Part shown: positions 25,421 through 39,200 of the stretch, one piece after another
Position numbering within the stretch: the first letter of the stretch is position 1
Layout of the letters: the number at the start of each line of letters is the position of its first letter
Source of the DNA: Squalus acanthias
Taxonomy: Eukaryota
DNA: 64,000 nt
Assembly: GCA_030390025.1 (NCBI GenBank)
Contig: CM059432.1
Coordinates: 117,368,001-117,432,000, forward strand
Direction of reading: 5' to 3'
The notes under the pieces: model-generated
What the model was told of the DNA's origin: nothing
Databases searched by the model: none
Seen by the model: only the letters and a program-made list of their open reading frames with translations
Position numbers and translations under genes: made by a program

Positions 25421-26919
25421 TAACTCTACACTTTCCTGCAATGCTGCATCAAGTTGTTTCTGAAATGATTACAGGGTAAGCAAGTATGATGGTAAGCAAC
25501 TCAAGCACTTAGAGTGTGATGCGAGGTTAGTGTAAGTAGCTGTGCGTGGCATCATGGAACTGGCACTTAATACCTAGCCACCTCCCTCCACCTGCCTGCA
25601 GCTTCCCTCTTCAAGCCTTTCTGTCTCTGTTCCAAGGAAGCCCTTCTGTCCCACAACTCCTGCAGGAGCACTTATATATCTGCATCAACAAACCTGGGGG
25701 TTCTATGCACCAGCCATCCATGCAGTAGGCCTTTGAGTTCAGTATGAAAACTCTTCTGAGGAAGGCTGCCCCTTTACGCAGCTGCAAGACTTTAAAGCCT
25801 GTGACACCATACTATCTCCCTCCCCAAATGGACAAGCTTCCAATCAGAGGCGTTCCCAATGCCTGGAGCTCACCTGCATTCTGTCAATCACTCTGGCCTC
25901 AGAGATTACAGCTGGATCAGTGCCCGCACCATCAGTTCTGACCCACTACACTTCTGGCAAAGATCGCACCCTCCCTTCCCCGGGAAAATGTTCAGTGCAG
26001 TCATAACATTTTAGATATGTTACCGCCTGGAGGGATCAGTGAAAATCGGCCCCCATCATTTTCTCTCCCTACCGGTGGAGATGTGTCTGGCTTCTCATCT
26101 ACACTTTTACATAGAATTACATAGAGTATAAAGCACAGAAACAGGCCATTCGGCCCAACTAGTCTGTGCTGGTGTTTATACTCCCCACGAGTCTCATTCC
26201 ATCTACGTCACCTCAGCCTTTCTGCATAGTAACAGTGTGCAGGGATCGTTTGTCACTCTGTGGCGCACCATGTTGCCGCTCCAATGCGCTGTGCCACTGC
26301 ACAACACAGATAGTACAATTATATATTTGTATTAAATTCAAATCCTCTTAGCAGGGAGACCCCTGCAACAAACCAAATGCTTAATCTAACTGTTCCTATT
26401 CAGTAATCGTCAAGAAGAGTATGTGTACTAATCCTTATCAGTATTAAGGTTTTAAAGACATTCTATGTATCCCACTATTTCCTGCTGTTCCTTACTTTGT
26501 GGTCTCTTTATACCACAGGCAAGGATTTAGACATAAGCTAGCATTACATTTGTTGCATCTAGTTTAATTATGCAAAAACACAGTGAACCAAGTACAGCTT
26601 CTTTACTGTCCTCAGCAAACTTACAGTATCATAGATATTCAATCATAATCATTGATATCATTAGACCCCATTATTGCATTCTCCCCTATGGCAGCTCATG
26701 CAGCTGTCTGCTTATTGTTGCTCTTCCATTAAGCTCTTTCTGGAAATGGACCCATCGTCTCAACTTTCCATATGATCTTTTCCCAGTTGACAATCATCAC
26801 TTCCTGAGGGTACTGATCTTCAGCCATATGATACACATGCTCTGCCTATCTCCCTTCCCATCGTAACACAGCCTGTTACTGCATCCACATTACCTTATTA
26901 ACAAATTCAAGGGCCCTAG

Positions 26920-29810
26920 CACCTGTTTTAGGTGGCTGCCAGGGGTGCTTCTAAAACGCTCAAACCAACATGGTGCTGAAGGGATAATTACTAGTCCTAG
27001 CTCCCTTAGGTCTACCCCGGATCAGGCGTATTCCTCAGACGTTAACTTTCAACTAAAGTTTGAGGTAGCCGAATCCTAAAGACGCTTAATTGGGTCTAAA
27101 GGTCCGGACTATCTCTCCCTAAAGGAAAGGAACAACCTGAAAATGTTACCGTCCTCCAGATAGCACTTTTAATAAGTTTAGCTAGACTGTAACGTTCCGG
27201 ATATTATGAGGGTCTGGAAAACTCCCCCAGAGTTCTGCAACTCCTCACCAAAGAGTGTACAGAAATTGAGTTCACGAGTTTGATACAGAAGTCTTATGTG
27301 AGACAATTCTAAAAATATATAGATTTATTAAAGAAACGACATGTAATTTACAGTTGGTGAGTCAATCGCAACATTAACAGTTCCAAAAAGAGAAAGCTTA
27401 CAATTCTATTATCAGAGAACCTTACTCTCAAATTTTAACTTTGCTACAGTTTTACAGTTCTTAGTTTTCTACAGGATATCCACCAAAATCAAATACCTTT
27501 GATCCCCGAGGTACAAAGAGTTGGAGACTTACAGAGCCGCCTCTGAAGCCGAGAATCGCTTTGCCCCTTTAAAGCGAGTCTGTTATCCCATTTGAGAGTT
27601 CAATATTTATAGCCTTTTCCAGTGGTATTTCGTCACCTCAGCTGGTAGCATTACAGAATTCTGTCTCTTCTCTAGGTGTTCTAAGTTTACCATAAAAAAT
27701 GGTGCAATGGCAGGTGTGTTTTTACTTGATGTCATTTTTACGAAGGCAGATGTTTCTTACTTTTATGTGCTTCTTTACGAAGTGTAAATTAGAACACCTT
27801 GTCCAGGGTGAACCATTGTCTTGTTCCCAAAGGTTCAGACTACCGCAGCCTTTAACCTTCTGTTTCAATAAGGTTATTGATTCAGTGTCAACAACTATCT
27901 TATTTCTATAGCCAGAATGCTTTCACAGCTTTTTCATAGTTTAGGTTTCTAGATTTCCAGACCCAGTTTGTCATGTTTTAATAAGGCCAGAATTCTTTCA
28001 TAGAATGGTGTATTTTTCTGAATAGGTTATATGGCTTATTCCTTCACAGCGCGAAGCTGTTTCTGATGCTAATCTGTAAAGTTTCGCAATTATCGCAATT
28101 CAAAATAACACAAGAGAAGCAGATTCGTTTGATCAGTTTTATTAAACGAAATGCTGTCCTGATAATAAAGGACACAGAAGCCTGTAAAATGGCCACCGAG
28201 CATCGTGGCAGAAGCTTCCAGAAACACAGTGGGCAGACAAAATGGTGTTGAATATACATTTAGTATAAGATTGGATCATACTCGGTAAACACTGATAAAG
28301 ACAGGATGCAACCCGTTTGCATTCGGAACAATAGCAAAGATATAAGTGCTGGAATCGTTTTCCTATGCACAGTAAGGATCATTGTACTGGGTAATCGAAG
28401 GCCCATCCAGACACATCAATACACAAATACCCCCCCGGCTCTACAATGAGAGAGACATTGACGGGTGATTAAGCAAGTATTCGGGGGCCCCCAAAACCAG
28501 TCAGGGAGACAATTCATACACATCCTGGCTGGGTCAACAATGGGGAAAACATTAACGGATAGTTGGCCAGTTTCAGGTGCTACCGAAACCCGTTAAAGAA
28601 GACAACCGCCCCATGCTGGGAGTTTTGAGCGCCAAATATTACACAAAGGACAAACATTAAGATTTGAGCGGGAGATAAGAGGACACATCACTATAACTAT
28701 AGAGAACAAATTTCCATCGGTCTCTTATTCTCACGGCTGGCTCTTATCTCTGCTGACTCTTGACTCGGGCTGAACTCTTATCCTTATCCTCTGGTATCAC
28801 TCTGTTGGACGAGCAGCCTCTTGATTTTCTCTCTGGACTTTGTTGACTCTTGAATCTTATCCGTACTGGTCGGTTATTCGAATGTTCGGTGGAGCTCAAT
28901 CGGAACGAGCCGCCCCGACAAGGGCAAGTAACAGGGTACACCATCCCGAGTGTCGGTAAACGGTGTCTGGACCCGGAGGCCCGAGGAGAAGAAGACGAGA
29001 AGAAGATGAGAAGAAAATCCACGTGCCACCACGGTCAGTAAACCCCGACCGCGCCCGAAAATATAAATACAGAAATCATCTTTGAATTCTACGGGTTACT
29101 GCAAGATCCGGTTTGGGTCCATCGACTTCTTCATGACAACAGGGAGTCTGGCCTGCTTTTCGCAGCAGCGAAAGTAAACAAGTGGGGTGCAGAGACCCTT
29201 CCAAACACGTGACAGTCAGGCGCTGCAGCGAAACGAGCCGAGTGCCTCACTTTAAAATCTCCGAAATTAAACGAGTTATGAGCATGTTTTAAGATCCTAC
29301 AAATCTAGATGTAGTGTAGGTATTATTAAGGGAGGGTGTTTTAATAAGGTTAAGATATAATGTGTTCCCCTTTCTACGATGTGCCGTGTGTTCTCCATTT
29401 CCACAGACCAAGCTTTATGAATGTATGTATACTTGTACTATCGTTGATTTGCGCCTATGACATGTATTTCATGATTTTAGATGCCATGCAATAAAGATTT
29501 CCATTTTGTACTATTCAACTGGGTCTATTTGAGTTTTCTCTGCATTACTGCTCCCTGCACCTAAGTCCAGTGTTAGAACCGTAAGGGTGAGTGGGTCGAA
29601 CCACTCACAGGTGCTTATTGCAAAAAGGCTGGCCGGAGACCAGAGCAAGCAATAGTATTAGGCAATGAAGGCCTAACCTCGCACCAGCACCGTCTGAGAC
29701 ACGTCCCCCTTACAAATCGGAGGTTGACCCACTAAATTGGACCTTTTTGTATATGTTTTCCGCTCAGAAAACAGGAGCGACGAGGTCCATTTTCACTCCC
29801 TCCCCATAAA
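26920..29810 (-). mobile_element. Possible older minus-strand LTR-like element into which the solo LTR inserted; boundaries uncertain
   Basis: Reverse-strand AATAAA (~27325) and TATA-like (~27605) motifs in LTR-like order; no TSD identified. Confidence 0.25.
28075..29714 (+). mobile_element. Solo LTR (1640 bp) of a subfamily related to ERV-A
   Basis: TGTAA...CTTACA termini; 4-bp TSD AATC at 28071-28074 and 29715-29718; collinear with 9636-11230. Confidence 0.9.
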
Positions 29811-30222
29811 CATACAATATCAACATACCCTGAGTTCATATCAGTAAATTATGAGTCATATGATATAATATCACTACAGTTTGATTTATTTCATACAATT
29901 TGCTAAAGTTCAAATCCATTTGTTCCTGATCATACTTTGAATTTTAATATGCAATTCAATATAAAAATCAATTTTTCTATTTAAAGATAGGATAGTGCAT
30001 AATGTTTTTATTTAGCTTCATTTAACAATTTTAATCATTTAGCTTTGGACAAACTGTTTTCCACTTTTGAGACTGTTATTTTCACTGTCACCGCTTGGCT
30101 GGTAACCTGGCAGAGTGGATCGGCCACCTGTTATAGAGCCAGCCCAGCTTTCAATTCCATGGATTCCAGTTTCCTGCTCAAGCAGTGAAGGTGAAAATTA
30201 CGTCAACTGTTTCAAATGAAAT

Positions 30223-33200
30223 GGCCGGGAAATTGGAACCGTTTGTGCTGGCCGTGAAGGCTGGTTTGGAAGAAAAAATGGCGGCCGCCTTGCTACGCCC
30301 GCATCCGGCACGGAATGCGGCGGCCGCCATTTTAGGCAGGTTGGCAGCGCTGCCGTTGCCTGCGCTCGCTTCAGATATTTAGATGAGCCAGATCGTGACG
30401 CCAATCGGCGTGCAACGCTGAATTGATGCACAATCTGCTACTTTGGACGCCGCTGCTCTCATTAACACCTTCTCCAAAGCACGCAGGAAGGAACGTGCGT
30501 GCTGCAGTATAACGGAGCTGCTGCCAACGCTTCTTAAAGGGACACGCAACTTTCAGTAAGTTTAGAGTTTTGCTTTTGGACTGGTTTCTTTACAATTTTT
30601 TGGAGAAGCGGCTTGGTGTAATACATTTAAAAAGTTGTTAAAGTGGGCAGGGAGCACCGGGAGTGCAGGGAGCACCGGGAGTGCAGGGAGCACCGGGAGT
30701 GCAGGGAGCACCGGGAGTGCAGAGAGAGCAGGGAGCGCAGCGAGTGCAGAGAGTGCAGGGAGCGCAGAGAGTGCAGAGAGTGCAGGGAGCGCAGAGAGTG
30801 CAGAGAGTGCAGGGAGCGCAGAGAGTGCAGAGAGTGCAGGGAGCGCAGAGAGTGCAGAGAGTGCAGGGAGCGCAGAGAGTGCAGAGAGTGCAGGGAGCGC
30901 AGAGAGTGCAGAGAGTGCAGGGAGCGCAGAGAGTGCAGAGAGTGCAGGGAGCGCAGAGAGTGCAGAGAGTGCAGGGAGCGCAGAGAGTGCAGAGAGTGCA
31001 GGGAGCGCAGAGAGTGCAGAGAGTGCAGGGAGCGCAGAGAGTGCAGAGAGTGCAGGGAGCGCAGAGAGTGCAGAGAGCGCCGGGAGTGCAGGGAGTGCAG
31101 GGAGCGCAGAGAGCGCCGGGAGTGCAGGGAGTGCAGGGAGCGCAGAGAGCGCCGGGAGTGCAGAGAGCGCAGGGAGCGCAGAGAGCGCAGAGAGTGCAGA
31201 GAGTGCAGAGAGTGCAGAGAGCGCCGGGAGCGCCGGGAGTGCAGGGAGCGCCGGGAGTGCAGAGAGCGCCGGGAGTGCAGGGAGTGCAGGGAGTGCAGAG
31301 AGTGCAGAGAGTGCAGAGAGTGCAGGGAGTGCAGGGAGCGCCGGGAGTGCAGGGAGTGCAGGGAGTGCAGAGAGTGCAGGGAGTGCAGGGAGTGCAGGGA
31401 GCGCCGGGAGTGCAGGGAGTGCAGAGAGTGCAGAGAGTGCAGAGAGTGCAGAGAGTGCAGGGAGTGCAGGGAGTGCAGGGAGCGCAGAGAGAGCAGAGAG
31501 TGCAGGGAGTGCAGGGAGTGCAGAGAGTGCAGAGAGTGCAGAGAGTGCAGGGAGTGCAGGGAGTGCAGGGAGTGCAGGGAGCGCAGAGAGAGCAGAGAGT
31601 GCAGGGAGTGCAGGGAGTGCAGAGAGTGCAGAGAGTGCAGGGAGTGCAGGGAGTGCAGGGAGCGCAGAGAGAGCAGAGAGTGCAGAGAGTGCAGGGAGTG
31701 CAGAGAGTGCAGGGAGTGCAGAGAGTGCAGGGAGTGCAGAGAGTGCAGGGAGTGCAGAGAGTGCAGGGAGTGCAGAGAGTGCAGGGAGTGCAGGGAGCGC
31801 AGAGAGTGCAGAGAGTGCAGAGAGTGCAGGGAGTGCAGGGAGTGCAGAGAGTGCAGAGAGTGCAGGGAGTGCAGGGAGTGCAGAGAGTGCAGAGAGTGCA
31901 GAGAGTGCAGGGAGTGCAGAGAGTGCAGGGAGTGCAGGGAGTGCAGAGAGTGCAGGGAGTGCAGGGACTGCAGGGAGTGCAGGGAGTGCAGAGAGCGCAG
32001 GGAGTGCAGGGACTGCAGGGAGTGCAGGGAGTGCAGGGAGTGCCGGGAGCGCCGGGAGTGCCGGGAGCGCAGGGAGCGCAGGGTGTGCAGGGAGTGCAGG
32101 GAGCGCAGGGAGCGCAGGGAGTGCAGGGAGCGCAGGGAGCGCAGGGAGCGCAGAGAGCGCAGGCAGTGCAGAGAGCGCAGGGAGCGCAGGGAGCGCAGAG
32201 AGCGCAGGGAGCGCAGGGAGCGCAGGGAGCGCAGAGAGCGCAGCAGTGCAGAGAGCGCAGGGAGCGCAGGGAGCGCAGAGAGCGCAGGGAGCGCAGAGAG
32301 CGCAGGGAGCGCAGAGAGCGCAGGGAGCGCAGAGAGCGCAGGCAGCGCAGGGAGCGCAGGGAGCGCAGGGAGCGCAGAGTGTGCAGGGAGTTCAGGGAGC
32401 GCAGGGAGTGCAGAGAGCGCAGGGAGCGCAGAGAGCGCAGGGAGCGCAGGGAGCGCAGGGAGCGCAGAGAGCGCAGGCAGTGCAGGGAGCGCAGGGAGCG
32501 CAGGGAGCGCAGGGAGCGCAGAGAGCGCAGGGAGCGCAGAGAGCGCAGGCAGCGCAGAGAGCGCAGGCAACGCAGGGAGCGCAGGGAGCGCAGGGAGCGC
32601 AGGGAGCGCAGGCAGCGCAGGGAGCGCCGGGAGTGCAGGGAGCGCCGGGAGTGCAGGGAGCGCCGGGAGTGCAGAGAGCGCAGGGAGTGCAGAGAGCGCA
32701 GGGAGTGCAGAGAGCGCAGGGAGTGCAGAGAGCGCAGGGAGTGCAGAGAGCGCAGGGAGTGCAGAGAGCGCAGGGAGCGCCGGGAGCGCAGAGAGCGCAG
32801 GGAGCGCAGAGAGCGCAGGGAGTGCAGAGAGCGCAGGCAGTGCAGGGAGCGCCGGGAGTGCAGAGAGCGCCGGGAGTGCAGGGAGCGCAGGGAGTGCAGG
32901 GAGCGCAGGCAGTGCAGGGAGCGCCGGGAGCGCAGGGAGCGCCGGGAGTGCAGAGAGCGCAGGGAGTGCAGAGAGCGCAGGGAGTGCAGAGAGCGCAGGG
33001 AGCGCCGGGAGCGCAGAGAGCGCAGGGAGCGCAGAGAGCGCAGGGAGCGCAGGGAGCGCAGGGAGTGCAGGGAGCGCAGGCAGTGCAGGGAGCGCCGGGA
33101 GTGCAGAGAGCGCAGGGAGTGCAGAGAGCGCAGGGAGTGCAGAGAGCGCAGGGAGTGCAGAGAGCGCAGGGAGTGCAGAGAGCGCAGGGAGTGCAGAGAG

Positions 33201-36200
33201 CGCAGGGAGTGCAGAGAGTGCAGGGAGTGCAGGGAGTGCAGAGAGCGCAGGGAGTGCAGAGAGCGCAGGGAGTGCAGGGAGCGCAGGGAGTGCAGGGAGC
33301 GCAGGGAGTGCAGGGAGCGCAGGGAGTGCAGAGAGTGCAGGGAGTGCAGGGAGCGCAGGGAGTGCAGGGAGCGCCGGGAGTGCAGAGAGCGCAGGGAGTG
33401 CAGGGAGCGCAGGCAGTGCAGGGAGCGCCGGGAGTGCAGAGAGCGCAGGGAGTGCAGGGAGCGCAGGGAGTGCAGAGAGTGCAGGGAGTGCAGAGAGTGC
33501 AGGGAGTGCAGAGAGCGCAGGGAGTGCAGAGAGAGCAGGGAGTGCAGAGAGCGCAGGGAGTGCAGGGAGTGCAGAGAGCGCAGGGAGTGCAGAGAGCGCA
33601 GGGAGTGCAGAGAGTGCAGGGAGTGCAGAGAGCGCAGGGAGTGCAGGGAGCGCAGGGAGTGCAGAGAGCGCAGGGAGAGCAGGGAGTGCAGAGAGCGCAG
33701 GGAGTGCAGAGAGCGCAGGGAGTGCAGGGAGCGCAGAGAGCGCAGGCAGTGCAGGGAGTGCAGGGAGTGCAGAGAGCGCAGGGAGTGCAGAGAGCGCAGG
33801 GAGTGCAGAGAGTGCAGGGAGTGCAGAGAGCGCAGGGAGTGCAGGGAGAGCAGAGAGTGCAGGGAGCGCAGGGAGTGCAGGGAGTGCAGAGAGTGCCGGG
33901 AGCGCCGGGAGCGCAGGGAGTGCAGGGAGTGCAGGGAGCGCAGGGAGCGCAGGGAGTGCAGGGAGCGCAGGGAGTGCAGGGAGCGCCGGGAGCGCAGGGA
34001 GCGCAGGGAGCGCAGGGATTGCAGGGAGCGCAGGGAGCGCCGGGAGTGCAGGGAGTGCAGGGAGTGCTGGGAGTGCAGAGAGTGCCGGGAGTGCAGGGAG
34101 TGCAGGGAGCGCCGGGAGTGCAGGGAGCGCCGGGAGTGCAGGGAGTGCAGAGAGTGCAGAGAGTGCAGGGAGCGCAGGGAGTGCAGGGAGTGCAGAGAGT
34201 GCCGGGAGCGCCGGGAGTGCAGGGAGCGCCGGGAGTGCAGGGAGTGCAGGGAGCGCCGGGAGTGCAGGGAGCGCCGGGAGTGCAGGGAGCACAGGGAGTG
34301 CAGGGAGCACCGGGAGCGCAGGGAGCACCGGGAGCGCAGGGAGCGCCGGGAGCACCGGGAGCACCGGGAGCGCAGGGAGCGCCGGGAGCACCGGGAGCGC
34401 AGGGAGCGCCGGGAGCACCGGGAGCGCAGGGAGCGCCGGGAGCGCCGGGAGTGCAGGGAGCGCCGGGAGTGCAGAGAGCGCCGGGAGTGCAGGGAGTGCA
34501 GGGAGTGCAGAGAGTGCAGAGAGTGCAGAGAGTGCAGGGAGTGCAGGGAGTGCAGGGAGCGCCGGGAGTGCAGGGAGTGCAGGGAGTGCAGAGAGTGCAG
34601 GGAGTGCAAGGAGTGCAGGGAGCGCCGGGAGTGCAGGGAGTGCAGGGAGTGCAGAGAGTGCAGAGAGTGCAGAGAGTGCAGGGAGTGCAGGGAGCGCAGA
34701 GAGAGCAGAGAGTGCAGGGAGTGCAGAGAGTGCAGGGAGTGCAGAGAGTGCAGAGAGTGCAGGGAGTGCAGAGAGTGCAGAGAGTGCAGAGAGCGCAGAG
34801 AGTGCAGAGAGTGCAGGGAGTGCAGGGAGCGCAGAGAGAGCAGAGAGTGCAGGGAGTGCAGGGAGTGCAGAGAGTGCAGAGAGTGCAGGGAGTGCAGAGA
34901 GAGCAGAGAGTGCCGGGAGCGCAGGGAGCGCAGGGAGTGCAGGGAGTGCAGGGAGCGCAGGGAGCGCAGAGAGTGCAGGGAGCGCAGGGAGTGCAGGGAG
35001 CGCAGAGAGCGCAGGGAGCGCAGGAGCGCAGGGAGTGCAGGGAGCGCAGGAGCGCAGGAGTGCAGGGAGTGCAGAGAGTGCAGGGAGTGCAGAGAGTGCC
35101 GGAGTGCAGAGAGTGCAGAGAGCGCAGAGAGTGCAGGGAGCGCAGAGAGTGCAGAGAGTGCAGAGAGTGCAGAGAGTGCAGGGAGCGCAGAGAGTGCAGG
35201 GAGCGCAGAGAGTGCAGGGAGCGCCGGAGTGCAGGGAGCGCCGGGAGTGCAGGGAGTGCAGGGAGCGCCGGGAGTGCAGGGAGCGCGGGAGTGCAGGGAG
35301 CCAGGGAGAGCAGGAGAGCACCGGGAGCGCAGGGAGCACCGGGAGAGCAGGGAGCGCAGGAGCACCGGGAGCACCGGAGCGCAGGAGCGCCGGGAGCACG
35401 GGAGCGCAGGGAGCGCCGGGAGCACCGGGAGCGCAGGGAGCGCAGGGAGTGCAGGGAGTGCCGGGAGCACCGGGAGTGCAGGGAGCGCAGGGAGTGCAGG
35501 GAGTGCAGGGAGGCAGAGAGTGCAGGAGAGCGCAGAGAGTGCAGGGAGTGCAGGGAGCGCAGGGAGGCCGGGAGTGCAGGGAGTGCAGGGAGTCGCAGAG
35601 AGTGCAGGGAGTGCAAGGAGAGCAGGGAGTGCCGGGAGTGCAGGGAGCTGCAGGGAGTGCAGAGAGTGCAGAGAGTGCAGAGAGTGCAGGGAGTGCAGGG
35701 AGCGCAGAGAGAGCAGAGAGTGCAGGGAGTGCAGGGAGTGCAGGGAGTGCAGAGAGTGCAGAGAGTGCAGGGAGTGCAGAGAGTGCAGGGAGTGCAGGGA
35801 GCGCCGGGAGTGCAGAGAGTGCAGGGAGTGCAGGGAGCGCAGAGAGAGCAGAGAGTGCAGGGAGTGCAGGGAGTGCAGAGAGTGCAGAGAGTGCAGGGAG
35901 TGCAGAGAGAGCAGAGAGTGCAGGGAGTGCAGGGAGTGCAGAGAGTGCAGAGAGTGCAGGGAGTGCAGGGAGTGCAGAGAGTGCAGGGAGTGCAGGGAGT
36001 GCAGGGAGTGCAGAGAGTGCAGGGAGTGCAGAGAGTGCAGGGAGTGCAGAGAGTGCAGGGAGTGCAGAGAGTGCAGGGAGCGCAGAGAGTGCAGAGAGTG
36101 CAGAGAGTGCAGGGAGTGCAGGGAGTGCAGAGAGTGCAGAGAGTGCAGGGAGTGCAGAGAGTGCAGGGAGTGCAGAGAGTGCAGAGAGTGCAGGGAGTGC

Positions 36201-39200
36201 AGAGAGTGCAGGGAGTGCAGAGAGTGCAGGGAGTGCAGAGAGTGCAGGGAGTGCAGAGAGTGCAGGGAGCGCAGAGAGTGCAGAGAGTGCAGAGAGTGCA
36301 GGGAGTGCAGGGAGTGCAGAGAGTGCAGAGAGTGCAGGGAGTGCAGAGAGTGCAGGGAGTGCAGAGAGTGCAGAGAGTGCAGGGAGTGCAGAGAGTGCAG
36401 AGAGTGCAGGGAGTGCAGGGAGTGCAGAGAGTGCAGGGAGTGCAGGGACTGCAGGGAGTGCAGGGAGTGCAGAGAGCGCAGGGAGCGCAGGGACTGCAGG
36501 GAGTGCAGGGAGTGCAGGGAGTGCCGGGAGCGCCGGGAGTGCCGGGAGCGCAGGGAGCGCAGGGTGTGCAGGGAGTGCAGGGAGCGCAGGGAGCGCAGGG
36601 AGTGCAGGGAGCGCAGGGAGCGCAGGGAGCGCAGAGAGCGCAGGCAGTGCAGAGAGCGCAGGGAGCGCAGGGAGCGCAGAGAGCGCAGGGAGCGCAGGGA
36701 GCGCAGGGAGCGCAGAGAGCGCAGCAGTGCAGAGAGCGCAGGGAGCGCAGGGAGCGCAGAGAGCGCAGGGAGCGCAGAGAGCGCAGGGAGCGCAGAGAGC
36801 GCAGGGAGCGCAGAGAGCGCAGGCAGCGCAGGGAGCGCAGGGAGCGCAGGGAGCGCAGAGTGTGCAGGGAGTTCAGGGAGCGCAGGGAGTGCAGAGAGCG
36901 CAGGGAGCGCAGAGAGCGCAGGGAGTGCAGAGAGCGCAGGGAGTGCAGAGAGCGCAGGGAGTGCAGAGAGCGCAGGGAGTGCAGAGAGCGCAGGGAGCGC
37001 CGGGAGCGCAGAGAGCGCAGGGAGCGCAGAGAGCGCAGGGAGTGCAGAGAGCGCAGGCAGTGCAGGGAGCGCCGGGAGTGCAGAGAGCGCCGGGAGTGCA
37101 GGGAGCGCAGGGAGTGCAGGGAGCGCAGGCAGTGCAGGGAGCGCCGGGAGCGCAGGGAGCGCCGGGAGTGCAGAGAGCGCAGGGAGTGCAGAGAGCGCAG
37201 GGAGTGCAGAGAGCGCAGGGAGCGCCGGGAGCGCAGAGAGCGCAGGGAGCGCAGAGAGCGCAGGGAGCGCAGGGAGCGCAGGGAGTGCAGGGAGCGCAGG
37301 CAGTGCAGGGAGCGCCGGGAGTGCAGAGAGCGCAGGGAGTGCAGAGAGCGCAGGGAGTGCAGAGAGCGCAGGGAGTGCAGAGAGCGCAGGGAGTGCAGAG
37401 AGCGCAGGGAGTGCAGAGAGTGCAGGGAGTGCAGGGAGTGCAGAGAGCGCAGGGAGTGCAGAGAGCGCAGGGAGTGCAGAGAGCGCAGGGAGTGCAGGGA
37501 GCGCAGGGAGTGCAGGGAGCGCAGGGAGTGCAGAGAGTGCAGGGAGTGCAGGGAGCGCAGGGAGTGCAGGGAGCGCCGGGAGTGCAGAGAGCGCAGGGAG
37601 TGCAGGGAGCGCAGGCAGTGCAGGGAGCGCCGGGAGTGCAGAGAGCGCAGGGAGTGCAGGGAGCGCAGGGAGTGCAGAGAGTGCAGGGAGTGCAGAGAGT
37701 GCAGGGAGTGCAGAGAGCGCAGGGAGTGCAGAGAGTGCAGGGAGTGCAGAGAGCGCAGGGAGTGCAGGGAGTGCAGAGAGCGCAGGGAGTGCAGAGAGCG
37801 CAGGGAGTGCAGAGAGTGCAGGGAGTGCAGAGAGCGCAGGGAGTGCAGGGAGTGCAGGGAGTGCAGAGAGCGCAGGGAGTGCAGGGAGTGCAGAGAGCGC
37901 AGGGAGTGCAGAGAGCGCAGGGAGTGCAGGGAGCGCAGAGAGCGCAGGCAGTGCAGGGAGTGCAGGGAGTGCAGAGAGCGCAGGGAGTGCAGAGAGCGCA
38001 GGGAGTGCAGAGAGTGCAGGGAGTGCAGAGAGCGCAGGGAGTGCAGGGAGTGCAGAGAGTGCAGGGAGCGCAGGGAGTGCAGGGAGTGCAGAGAGTGCCG
38101 GGAGCGCCGGGAGCGCAGGGAGTGCAGGGAGTGCAGGGAGCGCAGGGAGCGCAGGGAGTGCAGGGAGCGCAGGGAGTGCAGGGAGCGCCGGGAGCGCAGG
38201 GAGCGCAGGGAGCGCAGGGAGTGCAGGGAGCGCAGGGAGCGCCGGGAGTGCAGGGAGTGCAGGGAGTGCTGGGAGTGCAGAGAGTGCCGGGAGTGCAGGG
38301 AGTGCAGGGAGCGCCGGGAGTGCAGGGAGCGCCGGGAGTGCAGGGAGTGCAGAGAGTGCAGAGAGTGCAGGGAGCGCAGGGAGTGCAGGGAGTGCAGAGA
38401 GTGCCGGGAGCGCCGGGAGTGCAGGGAGCGCCGGGAGTGCAGGGAGTGCAGGGAGCGCCGGGAGTGCAGGGAGCGCCGGGAGTGCAGGGAGCACAGGGAG
38501 TGCAGGGAGCGCCGGGAGTGCAGGCAGTGCAGGGAGTGCAGGGAGTGCAGGGAGTGCAGAGAGTGCCGGGAGTGCAGGGAGTGCAGGGAGCGCCGGGAGT
38601 GCAGGGAGCGCCGGGAGTGCAGGGAGCGCCGGGAGTGCAGGGAGCACAGGGAGTGCAGGGAGCGCCGGGAGTGCAGGCAGTGCAGGGAGTGCAGGGAGTG
38701 CAGGGAGTGCAGAGAGTGCCGGGAGTGCAGGGAGTGCAGGGAGCGCCGGGAGTGCAGGGAGCGCCGGGAGTGCAGGGAGTGCAGAGAGTGCAGAGAGTGC
38801 AGGGAGCGCAGGGAGTGCAGGGAGTGCAGAGAGTGCCGGGAGCGCCGGGAGTGCTGGGAGCGCCGGGAGTGCAGGGAGTGCAGGGAGCGCCGGGAGTGCA
38901 GGGAGCGCCGGGAGTGCAGGGAGCACAGGGAGTGCAGGGAGCACAGGGAGTGCAGGGAGCGCCGGGAGTGCAGGGAGTGCAGGGAGCGCCGGGAGTGCAG
39001 GGAGTGCAGAGAGTGCCGGGAGTGCAGGGAGTGCAGGGAGCGCCGGGAGTGCAGGGAGCGCCGGGAGTGCAGGGAGTGCAGAGAGTGCAGAGAGTGCAGG
39101 GAGCGCCGGGAGTGCAGGGAGTGCAGAGAGTGCCGGGAGTGCAGGGAGTGCAGGGAGCGCCGGGAGTGCAGGGAGCGCCGGGAGCGCAGAGAGTGCAGAG

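Noticed and set aside
9636..29714. LTRs at 9636 and 28075 as the two ends of a single provirus
   Set aside because: They are too diverged, the second has its own TSD, the first follows a PPT, and there is no PBS or retroviral coding sequence between them
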